From Paramecium tetraurelia (taxonomy: Eukaryota), in contig CT868596.1 of the NCBI GenBank assembly GCA_000165425.1, positions 310,001 through 374,000 of the forward strand: 64,000 nucleotides of DNA, written 5' to 3'. Both the position numbers and the translations under genes were made by a program. The notes under the pieces were generated by a model. The model saw only the letters and a list, made by a program, of their open reading frames with translations, did not search any database and was not told the DNA's origin. Of this stretch, positions 26,558 through 40,318 are shown one piece after another (within the stretch, counting starts at the first letter, position 1; each line of letters begins with the position of its first letter).

Positions 26558-28270
26558 TCATAATTGCTGAAAATAATTATATTTCTAAAGTCCTGTGCGT
26601 TGATAATCGTTTATATCACTTACAGATCTGAATCTCTGTTCCTTATTTACTTGGCAATTGTATTCCTGTTGTTACAATTATTCTATCCTTTCCTGCAAGC
26701 TGCAATAAATTAGTTCAGCCAAACTCAATAAGAACTTTTTTGAATCTTCCAAATTATTAGGGACATAGTAAGAATAGAAATTTTATTATTAGAATTACTA
26801 AATTTGTTGTTATTATTGTTGTTGTTACAGCATTTGTTATTATACAAATTTTTGTTCTTGTATTTCATTCGAAATTATTGCTCCATTCGCATCGATGAAA
26901 GAAGTGTCTAGAATCATATCCTAAGATAATTCAGTTGGACTTTGAGAAAATCTTCGATTGTGACTTTGAGTGGTAGTTATTTGATCCTTATTATTGATGT
27001 AAAATTATTGGAGAAAATAATATTGTTTATTGATTTTCTGTAATTTCTCTTGATGTCTTAAATTTGAATTTATGAGTATTTATTTTTAACTCTAAATTAA
27101 TATGAATGACATACTTCTAAATCTTCACAATTTCTTTGCAATTCATTATTTGCAGTTTCGAGAGTCTTATTTAGCAACATCTCTCTTTGATAGTTCCTTC
27201 TTAACTCCTCTATCATTCTCTCATACTTATTAATTTTTTCAACAACGTTAGGGTCGATCTACTTTTTCATATCCTACATCTATTAGATCTGTCTCTTAGC
27301 ATTGATCTCTTGTATTTATTTTGCCTTAGTGAGATCTAACTTCGGGATTTCCTTCATTTGTTTCGCGACCTAATTCTCTTGTTTTAATGGTAATGGGGAC
27401 ATCAAAGGTGAACTGCCAACGGATGAATTGTTGTCATTTTAGGATGAATCTTCATTTTCTTCCTTGTTCATAACATTTAACAAGTTGTTTTAGACTACTG
27501 TATACATTTTTGGTTACATTTAATCAATTGTTCTGGTCCTTATTGAGTTTGTTACTGTTGAATGATGAGCTTGTTGCCGTGATAAGTCATAGCTGTACTT
27601 TTCATTTGAACTAGGTTGCTCATTAGTTTCTAGATGAATAGTGAAAATGTAATACTAAATTAAATCCTTATAGTTTTTGTTTTTCACTTTCGGTGAGTTT
27701 GTTCTTCTTGATCTATTAAATTAGTTGAGATGTGAGTAATTCAATTTGATTATGAAATTTGATAGCAATTTTATCAGGTTCACAAATTTCTTTGTATTTG
27801 ATAACAATGCCTGAAATTTCATCGTATTCAGGTTTGAGTTATTCCATTTTGCTTAATTGTTATTCAGCTTTATTGAGATTATTTTATAAGGTTTAGATTT
27901 TATTCTATAATGATAAGATTAATTCTTTTTCATGTCGTTAAGCTTCTTCAGTGATTTATTAATTTATTAATACTTAATTTTATGCTTGATTCCTTTCCTC
28001 GATTAGTTTGTCAATTTGATTATGCAATTTGGCATTTTCTTCTTACAAATTTTTCATAACCATCAATAAAGCTTTATTTTATTCATCGTTATTTTGAGGT
28101 GTCATGATTCTCAATGCCTTCTTATTTAATTAGAGCAAGCCCTTCAATTCATTCAATTACTCAGTTAATTGTTTATTTTCCTGTTTGAGATAATCGATTA
28201 ATTCAGTGTGTTGATTGTTGGCAATATAAAGACTGCTTGTTAGATTCTTTTTAGAATGAGATTATTTCAT
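26558..28270 (-). CDS. Coiled-coil, Q-rich hypothetical protein
   Basis: Long code-6 frame from MKQSHSKKNLTSSLY with heptad-like K/E/Q/L composition; ends KYNYFQQL-TGA. Confidence 0.65.
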
Positions 28271-29102
28271 AATTATATTTATTATTGTTAAACCTAAATC
28301 ATTTTCTTTTGTTAAATGTGAATCGTAGCCAACCCCCATGACAATTGCACTTTAATAGATTTAACAAGATCCCAGCCAGTCTGAGGATCGAGTGTTTTAG
28401 TAACAGTAATGAAGTAAGATCCCTCCTTCAAATCCGCAGCCTTTTTGCTTAGCTGCTTCATCAGATCCGGATCGAAACAAGTAGTTGAAGCAAATAAGAA
28501 GGTGCCGTCAGTCCAATCTAACTTGATTTCGTATATGAATCAATACTTCTCTGACATCTCCATTGATGAACTCAATTTTGGGCAATTAATATTCATAGAC
28601 ACCAATCTGTTCCATCTCCTCTTCGATAAGAACTTTCTGCTTCTCCACTTCTTGTTTCAAATTGCAAGCCTGCTCATGCAAAGAATGCAGACATTCAATG
28701 CCTTTACAAATATCGAATTGATGCATTAATGATGCAGCTATCACTCCTTTTCCAATGCCACTACCCAAATCATAGAAGACTCCCCCTTTCTTTGGCGATA
28801 CGCATTGAAAGACCATGGATAAGGATTTAAATTCCTTTAGAGTTAAGGCATATTACTTACAATTTCCCCGTAGGAGAGAGAATTGGAGGTCAAATGATTC
28901 GCCAACCTTTCTTCTCTGCTCAAAGTCTAAGATTGTTAATTTCATCATTTCTTACTCGAGCTCTTTGCAATGAATACTCCTTTGTGATCTTCTCATATAA
29001 ACTCTTCAATGATTCCTACGAAGATTGAGTATTATCACTCTATTAAGTACTATCCTGATTCTATAAAGAGTTTAGAAAATTGAGAATCCGTGCATGGTCC
29101 AT
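28267..29102 (-). CDS. DOT1-like class I SAM-dependent methyltransferase
   Basis: SYGEI, VFYDLGSGIGK, CKGIE, FINGD, TCFDPDL and SWG motifs. As written, the stop is at 28267-28269; it would be at 28299-28301 if one A of an A4 run is spurious. Confidence 0.8.
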
Positions 29103-29163
29103 TATATAATAAAATAATTTAGTTTCATAAATAATTTAAGTCTTTAATTAATAAATTAAATAC
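29103..29163. promoter_or_regulatory. Putative bidirectional promoter between the DOT1-like gene and XPF
   Basis: 61 bp AT-rich spacer between divergent ATGs. Confidence 0.5.
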
Positions 29164-31785
29164 ATGAATCGAGAAATCTGGTCCAAAATTACCCATAATG
29201 TAGTTGACTCCATCAAATCCTTCCCAAATGGTGGTTTCATGATATTGACATCAGGATTATCAATTGCCAACCTGACATCTTTGTTCCTGACTTACTTTCT
29301 TGAAAAAAGCAAATCTGTAATCATCCTCCTCAATTACTCTAATTATGAAATAGATTTTATTGATACATAGCTTAACTTTTTTGTCACCTAAAATTAACTA
29401 AATAATAACAAAGAATATGCTCTTTCTGTTGTAGTCTTGACTAAATAGCCATCTGAAAAAAGAGCTGCTTTTTACAAATAAGGTGGAATCTTTTCTATAA
29501 CTCCCTAAATCTTGATCTAAGATTTGCTAATCAACACATTATCACCCTTCATTGTTACTCACCTAATAATTCAACAAACTCACCAAATCAAATCACAGTA
29601 TGATTATGAAAGTTGGATCACCAATTTTATCAAAATCGTAAAACCTGAACTATTTCTCCTAGCCTTTACCAATCAACCTGCAATTCTACAATTGCAATAA
29701 AACACTCCTACCATTCTCAAAAATTTCTATCTGAATAACATAATCCCTTGGCCTATGAACAGAGCTGAAATCGTCAACTCTTTAAAGTCACATCCCTTTA
29801 AATGGAGTGAAATAAAAATTAATTTGTCTAAAACTATCAAAGATATCCAAGATATCGTCATCTCCCTTATTAAATAATGCATCCAAGCAGTTAATGGACA
29901 ATGTGGTACATCCTACTTAACGAGCGATATGGTCGTCCAACAGAATTGGAGAAAACTCAAAGCTCTTATTCAAAGACAATCATTTAAAATAGATCTCATT
30001 CAATAATAGATATTCTTAGACATCTTTCAACTTAGAAGATTGCTCTTTGCATTGATCAATCAATCAGCCTATTAATTCTATTTCACATTAACTTAGATAA
30101 TCAATGATGCTCCAATCGACTCCATTTGGTACATATCTTAACCAGAAATTGAAGGATTAGTATTAAGATTATAGAAATTAGCATAAGAGAGAGTCTACTC
30201 CTTTGTTAGCATTCAGGAACCCATCAAATATACCTTTACTAAAAAGAATGGAGAAGAAGTAGTTAAAGAAATCAACACTAAAATTGATTTTAAAATGGAA
30301 ATTCAATCTAAATATTTATAACTCATTAAAATATTGGATGATATATCAAAGTAAAATTAGACTCAAACTGAAAACATAAGAATCTGGATTTGGGTTCAGA
30401 ATAGTGAAAATGTAACCCAGATTTAACAATATCTAGTTTCCAATTACAGAATGAAAGATAAAAATAATTATGTTAATCAATTTAATTTTCTAAGAAAGAT
30501 CTTAGAATAGAAAGCAAGAAAATCAATTGACAATATATTGAATAATAATTCTGAGTAATAAGCATCCTAATAGGTTGCACAGGAGAGGAAATCGAAGATT
30601 GTATTAAAGCATAACAATAAATAAATCAAATAAAACAAACAAATTAAATAAGATGAAGAAGCCCTGTTGAACTATTTACTCCATTAGGAACTAGAACAAT
30701 TATTTGAACATGTTCTGGAATAAGAAGAATAAGTCTTGCTTCAAAAATCCCAAGCCATTCAATAATAGGTGTATTAACTATTGCCATAAGAATTGTTGCA
30801 ATTTGATTTGTAATAGAGTGGTCATAAAGTGAACAAAGATGGAATAATTATTTAATTTGAAGAAGATACAATAATTCCAAAGATGACTATTGTTGTTAAC
30901 AATATGATTGATGATTGCTAGAGATACACATTTAAATAAACTTATAAACCTGATTACATTATTATGATGGAACCAAATCATTCATTTTTAAAAGAACTTC
31001 TAATTAATCAAAATTAGGTTGAAACCATTTTATTGATGTAAAATGAATGCGTTGAATTTTGGTAATACTATAAAGAGAAAATGGATGAGGAGGTTGCATT
31101 CGAAAAGATCATTGAAAATCTCAGAAGTTTCTCACGATCCTTTGAAAAACCTGAAGATGCCATTCATAAATTGAACATGCAATTGTAACATCAAAATTCA
31201 AGATAAGGAAAAGGAGAAGAGTTTTTTTAATAATCAGATCTTCAACCTAGAATTTTAGTTGATTATAGAGAATTTAGATGTGATGTCCCTCCTAAATTGT
31301 ACTTTCATGGCATTTAATTGACTCCTGTCATGTTGAAGGTGGGAGATATCGTTTTGAGCAATAATTGTGCAATAGAGAGAAAATCTGTTGAAACAGGAGA
31401 TCTAATTGAATCATTAAATCAAAATAGATTGGATTAATAACTGTAGAAAATGAACTCATTTGATCATCCCTTTCTATTGATAGAATATTCAGACAACATT
31501 CCGTTTTGTTTGGGATCATTATCAAGGCAATCACAAAACTATAGTTCTAATACAAGAGTTATGGTCAGATTACTAGAATTGATAACTAAATATTCAAAAA
31601 TCCAAATTTTGTGGTCGAATAACTCAGATGATACAATTAAAATTATTAGTAAATTAAAATAAACGCTGGCTCGAAATTCTCCAGACATCACAATATTTAA
31701 AAGTAATTTACAATAACAAAATGGGTTGATATAAAATGAAAAGATTACTGACTATTTTACTTAAATAGAAAAAGAAATATAATGA
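29164..31785 (+). CDS. ERCC4: XPF/ERCC4 (Rad1/Mei-9) structure-specific endonuclease
   Basis: N-terminal helicase-like part (RAAFYKQGGIFSITPQILIQDLL), nuclease motifs ILVDYREF..GDIVLS..IERKSV..DLIESL..RLDQQ..LLIEY. Apparently intronless. Confidence 0.9.
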
Positions 31786-31815
31786 GATTATGTATTTAAA
31801 TATAATTAATATTTA

Positions 31816-33045
31816 TCAAACAATTGTAACAGTATAAAATGGTAAATATCTTGCTATCTTCTAATCCAGTAATTTCTAAATACATCAATCCTTTTTTATT
31901 TAATCTATGATGCATAACATCAATTTCAAAATGAACTCCATTTAGATTAGAGTTTTCAGCAAAGAACTTAGATAGTTCCTATGATAGATTAAATAAAGAA
32001 TTATTACCTTTCTTCTTATAGATGCAGCATCAATATGATTAACATATGCTTAAAATATTTCAGTGGCTCCACCTTCATGAAAAGTAGTTGAGGTTGGTCC
32101 TTAAGGAACACTTGCCAAAGTTATTCTTCTTTTTGGTCTTAAAAGGGGTGCCATATTCTATCTTATACATGCTTCATTGATTCTAACTTCAAGAAATGCT
32201 CTCTCTTCATGTCTACCTGCCATTACTTCAAGTATCAATTTATGATGCAATGGGTTGCTCTTATTCCACAAGATTGTGAAATAACTTCGAAGAAAATATC
32301 TCACTAAATCAGGTCTCATGTCATAACTCTCTGGATTCTTTAAGATACTCTTCAAATGCATACAACCTGTGTTTTCTGGTTTCAATAGGGATGTTAGAAG
32401 ATCATCTTTAAACTAACATATAAATCAATAGGTACTGAATTAGGAGGATCAATCAAGGCATCAACTGTCAAAGTCATACCTAATTCTTTTTCCAAATGTC
32501 TTATAGCGTCATCATCTGTGCACATATAAAATCCATCCTATTTCATGAACTATAAGTAATTGGCGAAAATGCTATCCACAGTGTCTTGGGCCAGTGGAGT
32601 ATTAATTGTTTATTCATATACTTATAAAGCTAATAAGAACTCACCAGAATCGCCTCCAGGAGTTCCCAAAACTCCTTATTCATTTCTTCCATCTAAACAT
32701 GAAAAATGATAGCTATTAGGATCCCCAAATTATAATTCATTAAGGGGTCCAATCAAATGTCTAATCTATTCAAAAGAGGCTGTTTTGCCATCATCTCCAG
32801 CAAAGTCTTGATGTAATTAAACTTTGGTAGGATCACAAAAAGTTTCACCCACATGAAGTGGTGTAGTCGTAGATTCGCATTGACATGATGTTTCATATTC
32901 CTATGCTATATTACTAATTAAATTTTTAAATCTTACCATCAAATTCAGCTCTTCCATTTATTCTCCTTATATCTTTAGGTGACGATTCCACTTTCAACTT
33001 CACTTCAGCACAAAATATAGCGCTAATCAACACTATTATTATCAT
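31816..33045 (-). CDS. Secreted cadmium/zeta-carbonic-anhydrase-like (CDCA-related) metalloprotein
   Basis: Signal-peptide-like MIIIVLISAIFCA; motifs SCLDGR..GTPGGDSGEF, FYMCTDD, NTGCMHLK, GRHEERA. Apparent +1 base at 31863-31864 before the C-terminal KIARYLPFYTVTIV-TGA. Confidence 0.6.
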
Positions 33046-33161
33046 ATATTCGTTTTTTAATTATATATATTATATTTTTCTATTCTTTCTTTTTTCAATT
33101 TCTATTTAATTTACTTAAATTCGTGTAATATTAATTTAAATTGTCATCATATAAATATAGA

Positions 33162-35189
33162 TCAAAAAGTATCATTTAGATTGGTTAGTTTAAACTTCAT
33201 GTTCTTCTACTTAAATATGAATGTTTATTCATCCTTGCAAATCGCATACAACAACTATTTGTTCTATTTACTAGTTATAAGTATTTCATTATTCATTTTT
33301 TGTATCTAACTATTGGATTTCTCAAATATCTTTAAATATCCATCAGAAGTGAGTAGGTATGCGTCTCCTATTGAGTATAATTTCCAATTAACATTGTGAG
33401 TCTAAATAATAAGAAATAAATGATACTTGTTTTTGTTTAATCAAATTTACAGGATTGCAATACGCACTTAATTTAGTACTTAGTAATTCATCAATAGATT
33501 AATCCAATAAATTCACTATAGGCTTGTATTGTAATTATTCAATAATTTCAGAAATGAATTTAGAGTTGAAATTATCACCATTATTGATTGTTTGAATGTT
33601 CTAAAAAAAGCTTTTGAATGCATAATCTTTATCATATTTTGTATTATCAATATCAAAGATCACAAGCGCAAAACAAAACATATGTAAAGAATCTTCAGAT
33701 TTAAAGGGGAATGACTAGCTTTTGGAATTGAAGTTCAATTCATAGTATCTTCTGCTAAACTCCTTCACCAAGATATCCAGTAAATATGGGTCATTTTGAA
33801 CTAACAATTTGCTAAACAAACTATGCAAAGAGTTAATTAAATTTTGATTGGTTACAACTCTATCCACAAACAATTTCAGAATCTACGATTATTCTTAGAG
33901 ATTCAAATTAGTCAATAATCTATGAACTATTTAAAATAGAATTACTTTGATATTTAGATCTTGTTTTTCTATTCAATATTGTGAAATAACCAATTGATTA
34001 TTGATTAAGGAGTAGGTCTAATAATTTAGGTAGATATCATGTAAGATATTCCCATGAAGTATGAGTGATTAAATAAATCAATTGCAAGATTCTCTGTGTT
34101 ATAGTCATGCTTCATGAACTTTGCCTATTCAGTGAAAGTAGACCTCTCTCTCGATGCATTTTACCATAAGACTAATTGACCTAGGGAAACCTTAATCATC
34201 AATCATAATTAAGTACCATATCATCAAAGAACCGAGGGATTGAATTGCAAGGAGAAATCATGTTCCTATTGATTTTTGATCCAAGTTCTTTATTGAAATC
34301 AATTATCTCCTTATATTCTTGCTCTGAGATATTAGATTTAGACAATGATTCTTAAATGCCTAAGTTCTCTTTCTCACTTAATTTCGACTTCTTAGGAGTA
34401 GAATTGGGACTAACCATTTTGCTTTGTGACACTTTTTCACAGAAACTGCTGCATTCATTATTTTTTCTATTTTTCATTATTTGTTATAGATACTGTCGTT
34501 TTAATTTGAGCAATTAAAAGTACTCCTCATATTAACGCTAGGCTGGATCATACTTCTTAGCTTGTCTTTCACTATTATGTTATAATTGATCCTATGATTG
34601 TTTGAAGATTTCTGATGTCATTTTGTCTCTCACCAAATCTTAGAGCTAGATTCCCATCACGATTTCGTGTTCTAAAATCAGCTCCTGACTTCAACAACAA
34701 TTAACAAACTTAAGCTCTCTAATAGAATGCTGCCACATGTAATGCTTAAATAAATTGATAAATAACATACGAGTCCAACCAGCCATATCAGTAATGTCCA
34801 AATTGGCATTGTTATTAATGAGTTCTTCAACGACCTGTATTGAACCATATCTGCAAGCTATGTGCCTATTAAGATTAAGTCAATATCTACAATGGTGATG
34901 TCCGTTCCTCATCTAAAATGTTTATGTTGATTCCTTTGCCTAGGTAAAAGCGTATCAAACCTAAATTTCTGCCTGATGCTGCTTTAAAAAAGTTCTTTTC
35001 ATTTTCAGTCAAGTAAGCAGTTGATTGTTAGGTGATTCTACCTATACATTAATGACTTAAAAAACCTCTAGCCTTATCTGCATCGAGTCCTATTTAAAGT
35101 TCATTCAAATCAAACCCTTCATTATCCTAACCCATACAACCCAAACAATTTGCTGGATTTCTTCTTTTGTGCTGAACAGAATTGCCCAT
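33162..35189 (-). CDS. N-myristoylated ankyrin-repeat plus degenerate Sec7 (Arf-GEF-like) protein
   Basis: MGNS start; ankyrin motifs TSPLHIACRYG and WTPLHVAAFY; Sec7-like 'LINSLHSLF..DPYLLDILVKEFSRRY..FKSEDSLHMFCFALVIFDID..FFQNIQTINNGDNF..IIEQLQYKPI'. Confidence 0.7.
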
Positions 35190-35379
35190 ATATTTATATT
35201 ATATAAATTATTAATTATTAGAAGTCAATTACCAATCAAGATTCTTTTTTAACCCTATTTTTTAATACTCATTTTAATGACTTGTGTATATGAATTTATG
35301 CTTACATCTTCTTGTATTTATTGTTTTGCTGTGATTTATTTTCATAAATTAAAGATATAAATTTTTTTCAAATTAAATC

Positions 35380-35819
35380 ATGGGAAGAGTTAGAAATAAG
35401 ACAGTTAAGAAGGCAGCAAAAGTTCTCATTGAAAAATATTACATGAAACTCACCTCAGATTTTCACTTCAACAAAAAAATCCTATCAGAAGTGGGATAAG
35501 TGCCATCAAAAAAATTGAGAAATAAAATCGCTGGATTCGCAACACATCTTTTAAAGAGAATTTAGACTGGATCTGTTAAGGGTATCTCCCTCAAAGTAAT
35601 CATACACCTAAAACTTAGATTTAAGAAGAGGAAAGAGAAAGAAGATTGGATTATGTTCCTGAGAAATCCTCAGTTGACATTGATAACCTTAGAGGAGATT
35701 AAGATGTCAAGAGAATGCTTGAAAAGGCTGGATTAGAAATTGATATTCCCATTGATGAACCAGTTGTCGAAGAAAAATAATAAAAATAACCAAGAAGAGG
35801 ATAAAGAAGACAATAATGA
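35380..35819 (+). CDS. RPS17: 40S ribosomal protein S17 (eS17)
   Basis: [57 protein letters not shown]; one 23-nt intron. Confidence 0.97.
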
Positions 35820-35905
35820 ATATGATCATCTAGTACACATATATAACATTAAAGTAATTAGGCATAAAAAATTTTAATCTAAAATTGTTTTATTTCAAAA
35901 ATTAA

Positions 35906-38249
<2,344 letters not shown>

Positions 38250-39024
38250 TCTCGTTAATAATAATTATTTATTATATCACTAGTTTTACTATTATAATAA
38301 ATTAAATATGTCTATTCAATATTTACTTGTGTCACTTAATTGAGATATTTTATAAAGTTAAGTGCTATCTATTAATTTGGGACTACTGTAATATACTGTA
38401 TCATTGTTAGCTCATATTAAAAATTGGAATTATAATTTTTGTTTACAATTTAACTCAGGTTGAATATAATTTTAGTTCTTTACTAAATTCATAAAAAAGA
38501 CTTTTCAATTTTAGAATCCAATAGATGATAATGATTTCATATTGATATTTCGAATCACATTCTGATAATGCAAAGATTGGGATATTTTTTAATTAATTAT
38601 TTTGCTATAAAATATCAAACTCCTATTTTAAGAGAGTTTAGATTTATATAGAGCATTTCAATATTAGTGCAATTTAATTATAAAAATAAGATTATTTTCA
38701 TTAATCTATATAATAATGAATTATTTTGTAAAATACTACTCCCCTTTCAATCTAAAAATGGAGAAATTGCTTCAACAAATATTAAATTTAATTTAATTGG
38801 TTTATTCATCATTCTATAAACAGAATAACAGGTTCAAAATAACAAAAAATTAAAGAATATAACCTTGATTTAAGATTAACCAAATATATACTTACTTTTG
38901 AATGGTAATTATAATTAAGAGTATTAAATATCGAATTGTTAGTGCTGTTTAACAATCTTTACTTTGATAATGTATTTTACATAGATGATTTAATTTTTAT
39001 ATTCGTAAATTATAAAATATTGGT

Positions 39025-40220
39025 ATGAAATGCTATAATGCAGAATCTGATCTTCAAACATCAATTAACTCAAGATAATATCCTTCTGAAATAAACAGTC
39101 CATAAACAGAAAGCTAGTCTATCCAAAAGGAGAAGAGAAAATGGAAGAGCGATGAAATGACTAAATATTGCCCAATTGATATTCCAAATGCATTCTAATA
39201 TGACAAGGTTAACGGATAGAAGTTTCAATTATTCTTAGAAGGGAAGTACTCTGCTAACACGTTGGTAAAAGATATGAATGTAGTGACAATGAGAAAAAGA
39301 TTAACTTAAATGGAGCAAGAATTCCATAAGCAAAAGGAATAGCAGCAATTAAAAAAGGAATTAGTGGAAAGAAGATTCACAAAAGTAAGAACATTGATAA
39401 ACTCGAACATAAAATTAAGAGAAGTAAGCAGTTATATTTATCTTTAATTTAGTCTTTGAAACTCGAATCCAATTTGAAAGGAAGCAGAATGTTCTCGTAA
39501 TTAAATAATCATATAGTTGATCATATAGCCAAAATAAAATCAAAGGATTTGTTAACAGATCGAATCGATGGAGCGAGATAGTATGAGCCAACTAAACTTT
39601 ATGATTATAGCAAATCTGGAATTAAGTTAAAATTTAATAAGAACTAAAAACTCATTAAATCTTAGACCTAATACTGTTTGAAATAGGCAGTCACTTTGGA
39701 AGTTCAAGATCACGTTGACTAGTATTTTAAATAGCAACAAGAGGCAGTATAGACAATGGAATTGAAACAGAAACGAAAGGCCAAACTTAAAATAATCTCG
39801 GACAGAAAACATCGTAAGTATTTTACAGAGTTTGAAGTTAACCTATAAAATAAGAAAGCTCCTCCTTCGATTAAGGATGTGAAACTATTTAAATACATTC
39901 ATGGTTAGATGTTGATAGAAAAATTTTAATAGAAACCAGAAGACTAAAAAGAATATTTCGGAAATGTTATGAGAAGCAGAAAAAGCTATCATATGCTTTC
40001 AAACTTTGATAAGCCTTCAGAATTGTATGCTTTTGATGATTGCGATTAATCCTTTGAATCGATGAAGGAAATGAAGCTTTCTAATCTCTATGCTTAAAGT
40101 ATTGAATTATAATAGAAAATGTTGACAGAGAGAAGAATCGTTAATTAGGTGCAATAATCCAAGCAAATAGATTAAACTACAAATATGATTTAGATTGTTA
40201 ACAAATAAAAACTTAAATGA
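39025..40220 (+). CDS. Hypothetical protein
   Basis: MKCYNAESDLQTSINSRQ...; code-6 frame with a short intron; ends QKLK-TGA. Confidence 0.6.
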
Positions 40221-40318
40221 TTATTATATATATATTTATATATACTTATTAGTAGATATCCTAAACTCAATTTCAAAATGTAATAAGAATGTTAACTATA
40301 ATGATATTATTATAAGAA

